A stretch of 64,000 bases of DNA, from NCBI GenBank assembly GCA_039545335.1, contig BCIN01000007.1:682001-746000 (forward strand). The letters run 5' to 3'. Position numbers and translations under genes: made by a program. A model generated the notes under the pieces. It made no database searches. It saw only the letters and a list, made by a program, of their open reading frames with translations, and had not been told where the DNA came from. This document shows, piece by piece, positions 25,694 to 38,125 of this stretch. Numbering within the stretch: position 1 is the stretch's first letter; every line of letters starts with the position of its first letter. The stretch is from Kondoa subrosea (lineage: Eukaryota).

Positions 25694-28627
25694 CTATTCT
25701 ATCCACGTCTCGTTGGGATACATCTTGGCCGCTTTCCCTAAGGCATAGATTGTCCTGCCATCAAACTTTAGCGAACGTGTTTAGAATAGTGGAAGGTAAC
25801 TCACCATGAGAACAGGAAGTTGGGATAAGAGATAGCGCAAGACTTGTTAAATATGCCTTCGATGCCTTCCTAGACAAATACTTTCAGCATATATTGGATC
25901 TCACTTGATTTGTCTTACTCTATCCCAATGTCCATCTTTCTGCTGCCTTGACATGATCAAGCGGATACCACGCTTGATAGCTTGTTTATTAGGAGATTGT
26001 GCAGTCATAAGACCAAGACATGCCCAAGCGGTATTGATGAGTAGCGAAGTGTCTTTCCGCACATAAACGCCTTGTTCGCAAGCCTATAATTTTCATCAGT
26101 CTATGATCTCACTCTCATCTAAGAGATCTTACCTGAAAGCTTTCTCCCCAACCACCATCTTCCATTTGATGTTCTTCCAGGAATCGACATGCTTTTCTAG
26201 CTCGATGACTCGTTTGACAGGTTTCGCCAAAGGAAGCCAGGGATTCCAGAGCAAACATTGTAGCATAGGTGAAACAAATACCCCATGAACCGAACCAACT
26301 GCCGTCTTGTCTTTGACTTTTGTGAATATACCGTACGGCACCTTCTCGAGCTCGTCTGTCAAAGTCTGAGGTAAGCCACGAGACGATAGCAAGTGAATCA
26401 GCGTACCGTATATCTTCTGTCCGATAGTTCGGGTATTGCTTAGTAAAGAGGGATAAGGCCGTCAAAGCAGCCGTCGTGCATTCAGGGTAATTATATTCAA
26501 TCTGTCATACGAAGACTTCTTCAATATGCCTGAAACAGCAAAGAAGAAGCATCGACTGACCATGATGTTACCAAACACTTCAGCCGGATTGAGCAATTCG
26601 AGTAATTGGCTACCTCGTATCAGTTCGTAACTTGCGAAACCTTCGCCAGAATTTTGCAGGCTGAGTAAAATATCCACAGCTTGCTGTAATCTCTCTTCAG
26701 GTACGCATTTCGGTGTGTACCTACTTTGACTTTCAGACGATACAAGCATTAAGAAAGACAAGAAATGCATACGATAATTCTTGCAGCATTAAAACACTTT
26801 TCAACCCTTCAGCAGTACAATCACTGACAGTATACCCTTGTTCTCGAGTAGAAAAAGGCCAAGCTCCTCTACTAGCATGCCGAAAAGCTTCTTTATGCCA
26901 TTTTGGGTTATCCTTGATTTGACAATCATCCAACCACTCAAGAGCTTTGATTACACTAGCTTTGTTGGCTTCTTCATTAGCTAAACCACTTTCTACTAGA
27001 GCTTGAGTGATGAAAGCGCAATCCCATAACTATAGCAGTTAATATCTCAATCAGCTTGAAAGTGTTTATCCATCGAACTAGAAGACGTACTTGAGATCCA
27101 TTAGTACCGCACATCATCATCCCTTCTCTACCTAACCACATGAAATCCCTGAATTTCTCTTTATGCAATCGAACCGCTTCTGAATTGGGACCTTCCACAG
27201 CAAACCGACAAATGAAATTCAATGGTTTGTTGACTGGAGCTAAAGCTTGGTAACTGGTATTTTCGTCATCGTAACATATTTGTTGATAGGCAGCTTCGAT
27301 TCCTTTTTTACGTATCGATGGGATAAAGGGTAAAAGGTAATTATCGTATTTCGATAAAACATTGAAAAGGAGATCAAGAATTGGTGGATGAGGTGTATAA
27401 AGATCAATAGGAGCACAATTATTTCGAGCTGCTGGCCAATTGATGGAAGAATAGGGTTGAACATAAAGTTCTTGTCGTAATGATAGAATAAGAGGGTCGA
27501 CTTCAGCTTGAAATTTTGTGGCCCATAAGAAAGCTAGAGGTATGTAGACATTTCGCATATGAATCCAATACCGCCATGGATGAAAAGGGACCCATTCCGG
27601 AAGCAATCTGCGGCAAAGGCATGAGCAATTTGAAATCTGCAAACAGCTTGAACTCACAGAAGTTCAGGAGGAGTAGGATTCATGCCATCCCAAGAGTACA
27701 CATTGAGTACCGAGAGCCAAAGAGAACCCCAAGAAGGCGAAGCAATCGCTCCTCCATGATAGTGCAAAGTTTCCCGAGCGCGAACCATCATGGGTACTTC
27801 AGCATCAACGCCCATCAACCGAAGAGCAACATAATTGAGCGATGCTATACTTGTTATGAGTAGGTGTCAACAACGATAAATGCGCCTCACTTCCAAAGAC
27901 AGTTGAAGGCCCTTCTATGTGTCTGATATACAGTCAGTCCTCTGATTTGACCAAATGCATGCAACTGACTCACAGACCCCATCCGTTATCTGATACGCCG
28001 TTTTGTCTTTGCCTATGCTTGATGTATCGAGCCATTTCGACTTTCCATTCTTGCGGTAAAGGTGTTTTCGTCACATAGCATGCAATGACCAGACCTGCAG
28101 CAGTCTTGTGAGATGAGCCTCTTCAATATCAGTGCGGAATTACCTGGCATCAAGAACATAGGTCCGCCGTATTCACCAGACCTGTTACGGATTAGATAAC
28201 TTTGGGTTTCCAAAGTTCCAAGACTAACCAATGTCCATCTTCAGCTTGCATCAGCTTATAGTATTCATAACCATTCCGTGCAGCTTTCAAGGGATCTCCA
28301 GCAGGATCAGGTAATTGAGGCGCGTCCTATTCTTGTGAACAACACAAAATCAGACATTTGCTCATTACTGCCTACCCTTTAATAAGAGCGCACAGTCCTC
28401 AATCCCAACCAGTGCTTCTCTTCTACATTCTGTTCTCTAGCTTTGCCTTTCTCAAAAGGTGAGATTCCAGTTAAATCACTCGGTCCACTTCTGTCGCCCA
28501 AATAATGCCAAACATGTCTACCGCTGTCTGAAGAATCTAATCTCCAGAGTAGAGGATCTGTAGATGGTCCTAGTGGTCCTTCGCCTGGGTAATCAGCGGG
28601 TATAGGCGAGGCAGAATGACCGTTCAT
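25694..28627 (-). CDS. ERG7: Lanosterol synthase (oxidosqualene cyclase)
   Basis: [20 protein letters not shown] and QW repeats ([22 protein letters not shown]). Confidence 0.95.
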
Positions 28628-28951
28628 TGCAAGCAATAGAATAACGAAGAATTGTTGTGGTTTCTCGGTATAACTGTTCACCTAGAAGCATCACTGTCTC
28701 ATAAGTACAAATGTACGACTAATGTATCGTGTACTGCCAGTCTCCGGCTTTCGAGTTGAATTCGGACCCCAATGTCTTGCTTGTCTCCATCTCTTGCTGC
28801 TGACTCGAGATGGAGCTACGCGCACTCTCAGGAATTCATGCCGCTCTGCAACGCAAGCTTATCTCTGCCGTTCCGTCGATGCTTAATGACGTACGGCATT
28901 CTCAAAGGCCGAACCAAGGAATTCGATCTTTTTGGCTTACTGTAATTTGCG

Positions 28952-30233
28952 ATGTCTTCTCGTCCCTCAACTGAAGGTTTATTAGGAAACACACCTGAAT
29001 TCCAAGAAGACGACAACGAGAATCAAACAATGGCTGTAACGTTCGTCTGAGGTGTTGCGAGCTGGTTTGAGCGGGAATGCTTACATCAGATCTTGTTATG
29101 CAGACGTGAAACCGCTTCATGGCTCATTCCTGGTGCAATGGCAATGTGAGCAGTATTACAATACACATTAGATCATTGCTGAAAATGCTTGACACAGTAA
29201 CATTGCTGGACAAGTTCGCTGTTTACTCCGCATAAGCCGAATATCATTCTGACTCTGTAATGCTAGATCTGGGGCATCTTTATTGATAATCCAGCTATGA
29301 AGGAGGTAAGTATCATTATCTTCTACTCAGTGACCGTGTTAACGATACTTGGTAGATTGCGGACAAGAACCATTCTATGTTTTCACCTCAACCATTCTGG
29401 ATTGGTGGTTTCTTCACTCCTCAAGTCATCATTCAATCCCTTTGGGTCTACGATATTTGGTATGGCCCTAAACCCAAGAAAGAGACTTTGGATTATGCTC
29501 CTTGGTTCGCTTTGGGTGAAGTAGCTATTGGAGTATGGCCTTTGTTCTGGAACAGAGAGATGTACAATGCCTCCATGGCTTGTGTTGGTGAGTCGATCTC
29601 TTGCCAGCAATGAATTGTTGTATTGATTGTCTCTGATACCATAGCTATCAACTCTGTTGCTCAACTTTACGCTGTTTCTCAATTGCCTGCCATGAGAACA
29701 GGCAACAAGCTCACTCATGTAGTAGCTAAGATGGTACGTTCCTCTTGTCCTTCAGACAGTGATATCGATTAATTTTTTGGACAGATTGCCGGTATTGGTA
29801 TGTCTCAGTCTTCTCCCAACTTTTCTTCTGACTTATATCAACCATTTTAGGCATAATGGACATGTTGGACAATGGGGCTGTAACATTCGCGTACAAGCAA
29901 GCACCAACAGCTTTAATCAAAGCTTTAACTTTTGGTGGCTTCACCGTCGCTTCACTCTTCTCGGACCCGATCATGGGTGCTTGCTTAGTGTACGATGCTG
30001 CTGCATTGGCTTTCGGTCAAAGAGGTACATTAAAGACATATCCTCGAGTTGGAACATTGACACTGATAGAAAATGAACAGATATTTACAAATCTGCTGGT
30101 GGATGGAATTGGGGTACAGTTCTTGCTGCCACTACTGTATCTACTCTGGCGGGAACGATCTTCACTAGTGAGTAAGCCTTTTGCTGATTGGGAAAGCTGC
30201 TGATTTGCTTGAGCAGATGTTTTCCGCAAGTAA
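28952..30233 (+). CDS. Multi-pass fungal membrane protein (DUF1774-like)
   Basis: Manual splicing gives FSPQPFWIGGFFTPQ...LTHVVAK..AGIG.MD.LDNG with several hydrophobic helices; boundaries approximate. Confidence 0.55.
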
Positions 30234-30365
30234 AAATCTGGGAAAGAAGCGCATGTACATATTTTGAAAGAGTCACAAATGCAATGAAAGAGAATACAAA
30301 GATCTATGAAGAAGAAAAGCATGGTAAGAATTATGTACAATGAAGTAGAGCGTCCGAGATTCGCC

Positions 30366-31752
30366 TTAAAGATGATGCTTCAACTCGCTGAGTGAGAAGT
30401 GCTGGCACTTGCCTTCGAGAATTTCTCCCGATGAACCCTTGGCTACAACCCTAATCAGTCTGAATCGCACATTAGCAAGCCTCACACGCACATTGCATGA
30501 GTTCTTTTCACTTTGCCAATGTTTGCTTCTTCCATCAAAAACAGCGGCTGTACCATCTGCTAAGCGAGCGGGGCAAAGGTGATTGTTGCATTGGTACAGG
30601 ATAGCAGCGTTTAGGCGATCGTTTCGCATCTTTTCCATCTTCTCCACATCGCGTGGGGTCCTTCTGCTATCTTCCGGCTGGTTATCATGGTACTCTTGCA
30701 GGAGTTGAGCTCGTGATTTAGACTCATGAGGAGACAGCGCTTTACGAGTACCTAAAAGCAGCTATGCAACGTAGGTTGAGAACGAGTCTTGGCAATTTGG
30801 TTGAGACTGCACCTCGCAATTTGCACCCAAGCTGTCGACATCAGTTTCCCCGACCCCCTTTTCCTTGTTGGCTAAAGCCCTTCGCCTGAGTTGGGTGCGA
30901 TGATCATCTCTCGTGCGGAAGCCGTTTATGTAATTGAACGGTGTCAAGCCAGGGCAGGACTCGTTCGTGCAGAAAAGGCGAGGATCGTTTTCATTCGGCG
31001 CAGATTTGCCCCCTGATACCTGTCCAATAGTCTTCAGATGAAAGGATCAGCTCGAATATTTATACGATTGGGCGACAGTTAAAAAGGTTAACGGACCTGC
31101 TTGCCCCTTGGAACCACAACACTGGCGGAAGCTGTCGCCGGTACAGGACCAGGGGAATTTCTTCTCTCACCAGCGGTAGCTTTGACGGGAGCTTTTCCCT
31201 TTGAAATCTGCGACAGCTCGAATCTCATTAGAAATCATTCCAGACAAGTGCAGACAGACAAACGTAGTCGGCAACAGCTAAAGGTGCATGACTAGCTAAT
31301 TCTGCCAGACGAAGAACATTCTCACCATGCTGCTCATGATGAGTATCGACAGCGTTGCCCATGTTATGCGAGGGCTAGAAGATCCGTCAATCAGGAAAAG
31401 TAAGCCTAGACGAAGGCGAACATTTGCAGGACCATGACTAGGCTTCGACATTGGCCCAATCTGGGGTCTGACAACCTGGTTCGAAGCACCAGCAGGTGAT
31501 TGCTGCTGCTGATGTTGCGCTTTGGATGTTAAAGCCGAACTGGGATGAGGAGGCGCTGTAATTCGAGAGTTGCTTTCAATTGGGTTCAGCTAATGCGCTC
31601 CGGAATCAGCGAAAGCGGTTCAAGTCGCGAGTTACTTACGGTGGTCGGATGTTCTGACAGAAATGCGTCAAAGCCTGCAAAAGGATCGCCTAAGGACTCT
31701 TACCTGAACGGCTTGCTGGTTTCTGGGGATTGATTGGGGTAAACTTTGACAT
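30366..31752 (-). CDS. Hypothetical protein with two C-x4-C (CTNESC, CNNHLC) putative Zn-binding motifs
   Basis: ATG (MSKFTPINPQ) with canonical donors and acceptors linking ORF pieces 30762-30947 and 30366-30647. Confidence 0.4.
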
Positions 31753-31796
31753 GGTACTGACAGCTTGAGAGAAATATGGTAAAAGAAGAAGGCAGG

Positions 31797-31911
31797 TTAT
31801 GAAGCAAGAAGAGAGAGTTTGAAATCATGAAACAGGAAGATGAATGTCAATCCCCCTTTGTCTTCAGATACGGCTTGAGGGCAAGTCGTGATGAGACAGA
31901 GACAGAGAGAC

Positions 31912-32002
<91 letters not shown>

Positions 32003-32602
32003 TACGACAGAGAAGAGTCGTACTCTCATAAGCATATATACAGTCCCAAAACAGCTTGGTCACCGTCATATGCATTCGCATTCCTTGACCTTTATCTTCC
32101 GGGTTGAAAGGACTGCAATATGGACAATTTAGGTCTATCTACGACACGAATCAACAAGTCCAACTGACTAGCGTAGATCCAATAATTGGGCGCTCCATTT
32201 GACTTCGCATACCTCATAATTGAACTTACGAACATGGGCGTCGTGTGCCTGGCTACCGAGCAGGGATTCGAGTGCTGACCTGATGTGGAGGCCTTCATCT
32301 TGCCAATCTGAGTTTCCGCGCTGGTCTGCTAATGAGCCTGTGATGATGCATTCCCTCAACGCAGCCAGATTCTAAGTCATCCTATTCAGTATAATTTGAC
32401 AGATGAGAAGGGAGAGAGACTTCACCTTGAGTAAATCCCGATGCCAATCAGTAGGGACAGGATAGGAGCAGGAATAGACATCGGTGAGATCAACAGGTGA
32501 ATGCTCGTAGATTATTGGATTTGCCAATTCAGCTGGCCAGTATACAAAGTATGGCAGGCTCTCTTCATCCGGTATGGACGTGAAAGGCAGTGAAGGAATC
32601 AT
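31797..32602 (-). CDS. Hypothetical protein (multi-exon)
   Basis: ORF pieces 32372-32602, 32168-32359 and 31797-32081 can be joined through GT-AG introns in phase. Confidence 0.4.
31893..31997. repeat. (GA)n/(TC)n microsatellite, about 41 perfect units with an imperfect GACA flank
   Basis: Directly visible in the sequence. Confidence 0.98.
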
Positions 32603-32900
32603 CGTTTGAGGAAGAGCAGTCGCATATCAGGCTCGAAACACGGGGACGATTGTCAGTCCAAACAGCAACAAGACAATTTGAAGAAAGCAACATCAAAGCA
32701 CAGAGAATTTGGTTGGCGAGCAAGATGAGTCGAGCATGAACGAGAAGTGTATACGGAAGCCAGATTTTGTGACTCGTCTGCGGCCGACAAAGCTCAACCT
32801 GCACATTAGCCACTTTCGACCTCTTGCTCTCAAACCGATACCTCAGCAAGTTCTATATCCTAGCAGCAGCAAAGTCTCATAATACCACAATCCCATTTGT

Positions 32901-35900
32901 ATGGCCACAACAAGCGACGGACTGAATCCACAAGCAGCTCAATTTCAGCAAACTTCGCAATCGGAAGGGCAAGCTAATGGCAATCGTGGACGAGGCAGAG
33001 GTCGTCCTAGGCAAGCTAAGAAGCCTAAAGTAGCTGTAGAAGCCGAAAATGCAACAGAAGGGCAGACAAATGCAGATTCGTCTACTTTGAGTAATGCCAG
33101 AGCAGGGGCATCAAGAGGTCGAGGAAGGAGAGGCAGAGGTGGTCAAGCTAGAGCTACTAATCTTGGTCCTGTTCCAGCTCAAATAGCTTCAAATGGAGCA
33201 GAAGCAGCGAATCAAGCAAATGACGATCAACCTAGCGAACCTGCTACTCGAGGCAGAGGATCAAGAAGAGCTCGTTTTGGCTCGAGAATCACTAATACGG
33301 CTGAAGGTCGAGCAAATGAAGCAGTATCCAGCGGTTCTTCAGCTCCTTCTATGTCTGTACCGACTGAACACAGCTCATTGCAAGCTCGATTGACGTATGA
33401 TCTGCTACACAACACCATCGAATGCGCTATTTGCATGTCTACAGTTGCCTCGACAGCTCAAATCCATTCTTGTGCTGTGTGCTCTACTATATCGCACCTG
33501 AAATGCATTTCCCAATGGGCTTCGCGATCCATCACCGAGCTTCGAACGCGAAATCAAACAGCAGCAACAGCCAATCCAGTCACTTGGCGTTGTCCTTCGT
33601 GTCAATCATCTTTCCCCGAATCAGATCAACCGAAAACGTACCGCTGTTTCTGTGGCCGTCAAGCGAATCCTAAGCCCGCTTCACTCAAAGGTGGTATCTT
33701 GCCTCATTCTTGTGGCCAATCGTGTGCAAAGGAAAGACCGGCAGGATGCACTCATTCTTGTCCTTCTCAGTGTCATCCTGGTCCTTGTTTGCCCTGCAAA
33801 GTGGTCGTCAGCGTAAAATGCTACTGCGGAAAAGATGAGAAGCAGATGCAATGCGCAACACTTCATCCAGCTCTCCGACCTAGCAATGCAGAAGATGGAA
33901 CCATAGTCGTAACGGAACCTGTTCAAGTAAAGAGTTGTGGAGCTGTTTGTGGAAAATTGTTAGCTTGTGGATTGCATCAATGTCAAGATGTGTGTCATAC
34001 TGGAGATTGTGGGAAATGTGCAATTGTCAGGGAGAAGAATTGCTTCTGTGGACTGACCAAAATCCAAGAAGAGTGTGATGTACAAGAACATCCGTCTGTC
34101 GACCGGACCGAATGCTGTGGTGATGGTACTACAAAGAAATGGACTGGTGAATTTGCTTGCCAAAAGCCATGTCGCTGGTCCGAAAACTTTTGCGCCATGT
34201 CATCTACAGATTACTGATCTTAGTCTTACAGGTCTCACGATTGCGGAAAACACCAGTGTACTCTTTCCTCGCACTGTCATCCTCATACTGTTCTATCTCG
34301 GCCGCCCTGCCCTTATTCACCTAAAGCTATTTCGCATTGCCCTTGCGGTCAAACCCGTCTTGCTACCAATAGGAAGAAATGTACAGATCCAATTCCTCCA
34401 TGCAACAAAACTTGCAACAAACCTCTCTCTTGCTCGCATTTCTGTCAACAGAAATGTCATTCAGGTCTCTGCCCACCTTGCCCTGTATCAGTCACTACTC
34501 CTTGCCGCTGCGGTCACGATAAACGCACGCTTCCCTGTCATAGTGCGCAAGAAGTCGAAGAATTCACTTGTAACAGAATATGTAAAGCGATGCGGCATTG
34601 TGGTCGACACGAATGTGGTCAGAAATGCTGTCCTTTGGCTTTTCAAGAAAGTTTGTTGGCAAAGAAAGGGGCGAAAGCTAGTCTGCTCGATGCTGCTGCG
34701 TTGGAGGATCCAGCTGGTGTTCATTTGTGTCCGTTGATTTGCAACAAACCGCTCAGTTGTGGTATACATTTCTGTGAAAGGAATGACCATCGTATGTCCT
34801 TGTATTGTTTCAGAAGATTATCTGCTCATTTAATTTACAGGTGGCCCTTGCGGAAGATGTTTGGCCAGCAATTTTTCGGAAGTCAGCTGCCATTGCGGCG
34901 GAACAGGTCAGTGGATTGTCAACGTGTTCAGCTTGAACTGATCTCCTTTGCTTTCATGATAGTTCTTATGCCACCTGTGCCTTGCGGAACCCAGATCAAG
35001 TGCGATCTTCCTTGTGCTCGGCCGCCTCTCCCTTGTGGTCATCCAAAAGTGCCTCACGCTTGTCACGAGAACAATGTCAGCTGCCCTCCATGTACGTTCT
35101 TAGTCGAAAAAGAATGTCAATGTCACAAGAGGATTAAGGTGAAGAATGTTCGCTGTGCTCAAGAGAAAGTCAGCTGTGGCACTATCTGTGGAAGGTTAGT
35201 CATAAGTGTCTTCCATGAAAGCTCCTGGATATGAAGAGTGTCTATAATAGTTTACTCGGCTGTGGAGCTCATCAATGTCGCAAGCTGTGTCACAAACCTG
35301 GCGAATGTGAAAAATGTACTCAGCCTTGTGGGAAGCTCAAATCCTTCTGCGGTCATCCACATGAAGCTCCCTGTCATGCTCCGGCTCAATGTCTTCTCGA
35401 GGCACCATGTCTAACCATGGTGGACGTTTCTTGCGCTTGCGGTCATGTCAAGCAGAAAGTACTATGCGGCGCCTGCAATGCGAGACCAAATAGCGCATCG
35501 GACAAAGTTCTCAAGTGTCTCGATTCATGTGCGGTCATCAAAAGGAATGCAGCTCTAGCAGAAGCGCTTGGTTTGGAGCGCGGAACGATAGAGCCTCTCG
35601 CTGTCAAATACGAAGATGATACTCTGGACTATTACTTAACGCACCCAGCGTGGTGTTCAGATGTCGAGAAGACTCTGCAGACTTTCTTACTTGCAGATAA
35701 ACAGACGCATCTTTTTCCGCCAATGAAATGGATTCAGCGAAAGTTCACGCATGAATTAGTGGAATTGTACAGCATGAAAGGCGAATCTCTAGATGCTGAG
35801 CCGCACAGAAGGTCTGTCCCATCATAGTCCCCAGCGTCAAGTACTGAAGTTTGCTGCAACAGTGTGCATGTAACCAAAAGTCGCAATTCCTTTAAGCCAT

Positions 35901-36688
35901 CAAATTCGGTAGCTGAAGCAGCTACAGAATACAAGAGGGCGAAGCTCCTCGGTTTACGCGCTCCTCCGGAGAAAGCAAGCAGAACCCGTCCTCATTGGAA
36001 TGCTTTGTACCTGTGTTCCGTCTTTGGCCATTCACAATCCTCTCTTCGAGCCATCATTCATCCTTCTATTCAGCCTCTCGACTTTGAACTGAAATGGGTC
36101 ACGGACGAAGACGTGCTTATCAAACCGCTTAAAGTTGATTCCATTACACCCAATGACCTTGAACAGAAATTACGGGGTGTCAAGCACTCTCTTACCAGTA
36201 GCTCGGCGGTAATATGTACTGGTGGTATAGAAGGAGCTCATCTCGACATATCTGGCAACCTCGCATGGCGGGACACTTGGGCAGTAGTTGGTTCTTCTTC
36301 GAATTCCAACTCTGGCACTTCAACTCCTTCTCGCTGGGGCAACAACTCCAAATCCATCTATTCAGCGAATGCGTTCTCTCTCCTTGGAACAGGGGGAGAG
36401 AGACCCAAAGAAGTTGCGCACGACACAAGTCAATGGACCATTCTTTCTGGCGGTTGGAATCGACCTCCTTCGGCTGTCATTGCACCATCGACTACCTCCA
36501 CATCTTCTTCGTCTTCGTATCCAATGTCTAAGGTGCCATCAAGAACCAAAACACCTATTCCGCCGCCAACAGAGGAATCAGAAGTAGCCGAAGATTGGGA
36601 GGAAGGCTTGAGTGAAAGTGTTGGCGCATTGGATGTGAATGAGGAGGGGCCAAACCAAGAGAGAGAAGTGAAGGAAATGACAAGCTAG
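32901..36688 (+). CDS. FAP1: NF-X1-type zinc-finger / RING / R3H protein
   Basis: Arg/Gly-rich N-terminus, RING/PHD (CAIC...WRCPSCQ), repeated CGxHxC..CHxGxC NF-X1 fingers and an R3H domain (FPPMK...RKFTHEL). Confidence 0.92.
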
Positions 36689-36909
36689 ACTTTCAGATAC
36701 TAAATAGAGATGCACAATGTGAAAATAGAACACTGTCATAAACATTTGCACGTCTCTTAGTGTCAGACTGATATGACAAAAAGTACTCCTTCAGCACGTA
36801 GATGCAAATTATAAATGTACAGGGTATGATATGCGATGCGTTTCTTACTATGGCTTTACCAACGCCGTACTACTCGATCTTGCGTATCTCTTCTCCTTCC
36901 AGCTTTATT

Positions 36910-38066
36910 CTAATGCGCCAACAGCTCTTGGGCCCTTTGGCTAGCTCTGTCAAACAGAGTCTTGGTCTCTGCCATCTCTTTCCAAGCTAAAGCGCTACTC
37001 CTGTCTTTCCCTTCTTGCAAAGCAGTCCATGAATCTACGAAGCTTTTGCTTTGATCTATACTTTCTGCTTCACCCTTCGCTGTTGTCAGAGCGGACTTGA
37101 TGGATTTGATCTTGCGTGAGACTTCATTATTGGTTGTCCGATTCAGTTGAGCGTGCTCAGATATAGCGGAAAGCGATTGAAGAAGAGAAGTTGTGCTGGT
37201 TCTTAGTTCAGCTAAAGAAGAGAGATCCATTGATGATGCAAGAAGTGACGAAGGTGATAACTCGTCAATATCAGAAATTATAGCGAACCATTCTGGATCT
37301 GATCGAGACGATATGAGATGATTGAGCTCTTTGAGTTCTCTTGATTGATTCTCTCTGATCTTAGCTTGTTCATAAAGCGTCCGCACAAGTTGAGTTATAA
37401 GCCGCTCAACTTCATGTTGACGATCTGGACCGGGTGAGTGCGCAATCGATGAGTTGAGATAGACTACGTTCGGTTGTGAAGAAGTATCAGAGGTATTGCT
37501 GCGTATTCGAGAGAGGAAGGCATCGATCGACGAGACTGAGGATTCCAAATCTGCATGAATTGATTCTAGATCAGGCTCTTCATCTTCCTCTTGTTCCGCT
37601 ATGCCCTCATTGTTCGATACTCGACGTTGTGAAGGAGAGAAAGAGGGAATAGAAGGCTTCCTTCGGGCTCGACTGGGTGTCGCAAGAGGTTCATCGAATT
37701 CTTCAGCGTACCCAAATTGCAGCTCCTCTTCCTCTTGCAGCGTTCCTTCATCCTCCGCTTCCAATCCAAGCTCGGCCAGTAAGCTTGAATTGCCAGAATA
37801 CGAATCTGCACTGGCCAGCTCGAAAGCAAGACTGAAGCCGCCTTGAGATTCAGCGCTGCTGTGTCTGCCTCGACGACGAGGTGTCTTCTCTTGCAGTAGA
37901 TCAGGTGACTGCCTGCCTGGTGTGCTATAGCCTGAATCTTCGAGATTGTCCAGAGTTATTGATTCGCCCGAAGGCATATCTGATGCAGGCCAGGTTTCAG
38001 TTTATGCCTATCAATGGAGCATCTGTGTGCACCTATGAAAGCTGGATCTATCTCTTCTTCGTCCAT
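36910..38066 (-). CDS. Hypothetical coiled-coil protein with acidic, disordered N-terminus
   Basis: 355-aa ORF plus a short first exon MDEEEIDPAFI; SLAFELA/SLLAELG motif. Confidence 0.65.
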
Positions 38067-38125
38067 TTCTAATGCGAGTCGGTCGAGCGCGAATGACCCT
38101 CTCGGAAATTATGACACCGAGCGCT

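Noticed and set aside
31827..32132. ORF with poly(ER) tract on the + strand
   Set aside because: Artefact of the (GA)n microsatellite.
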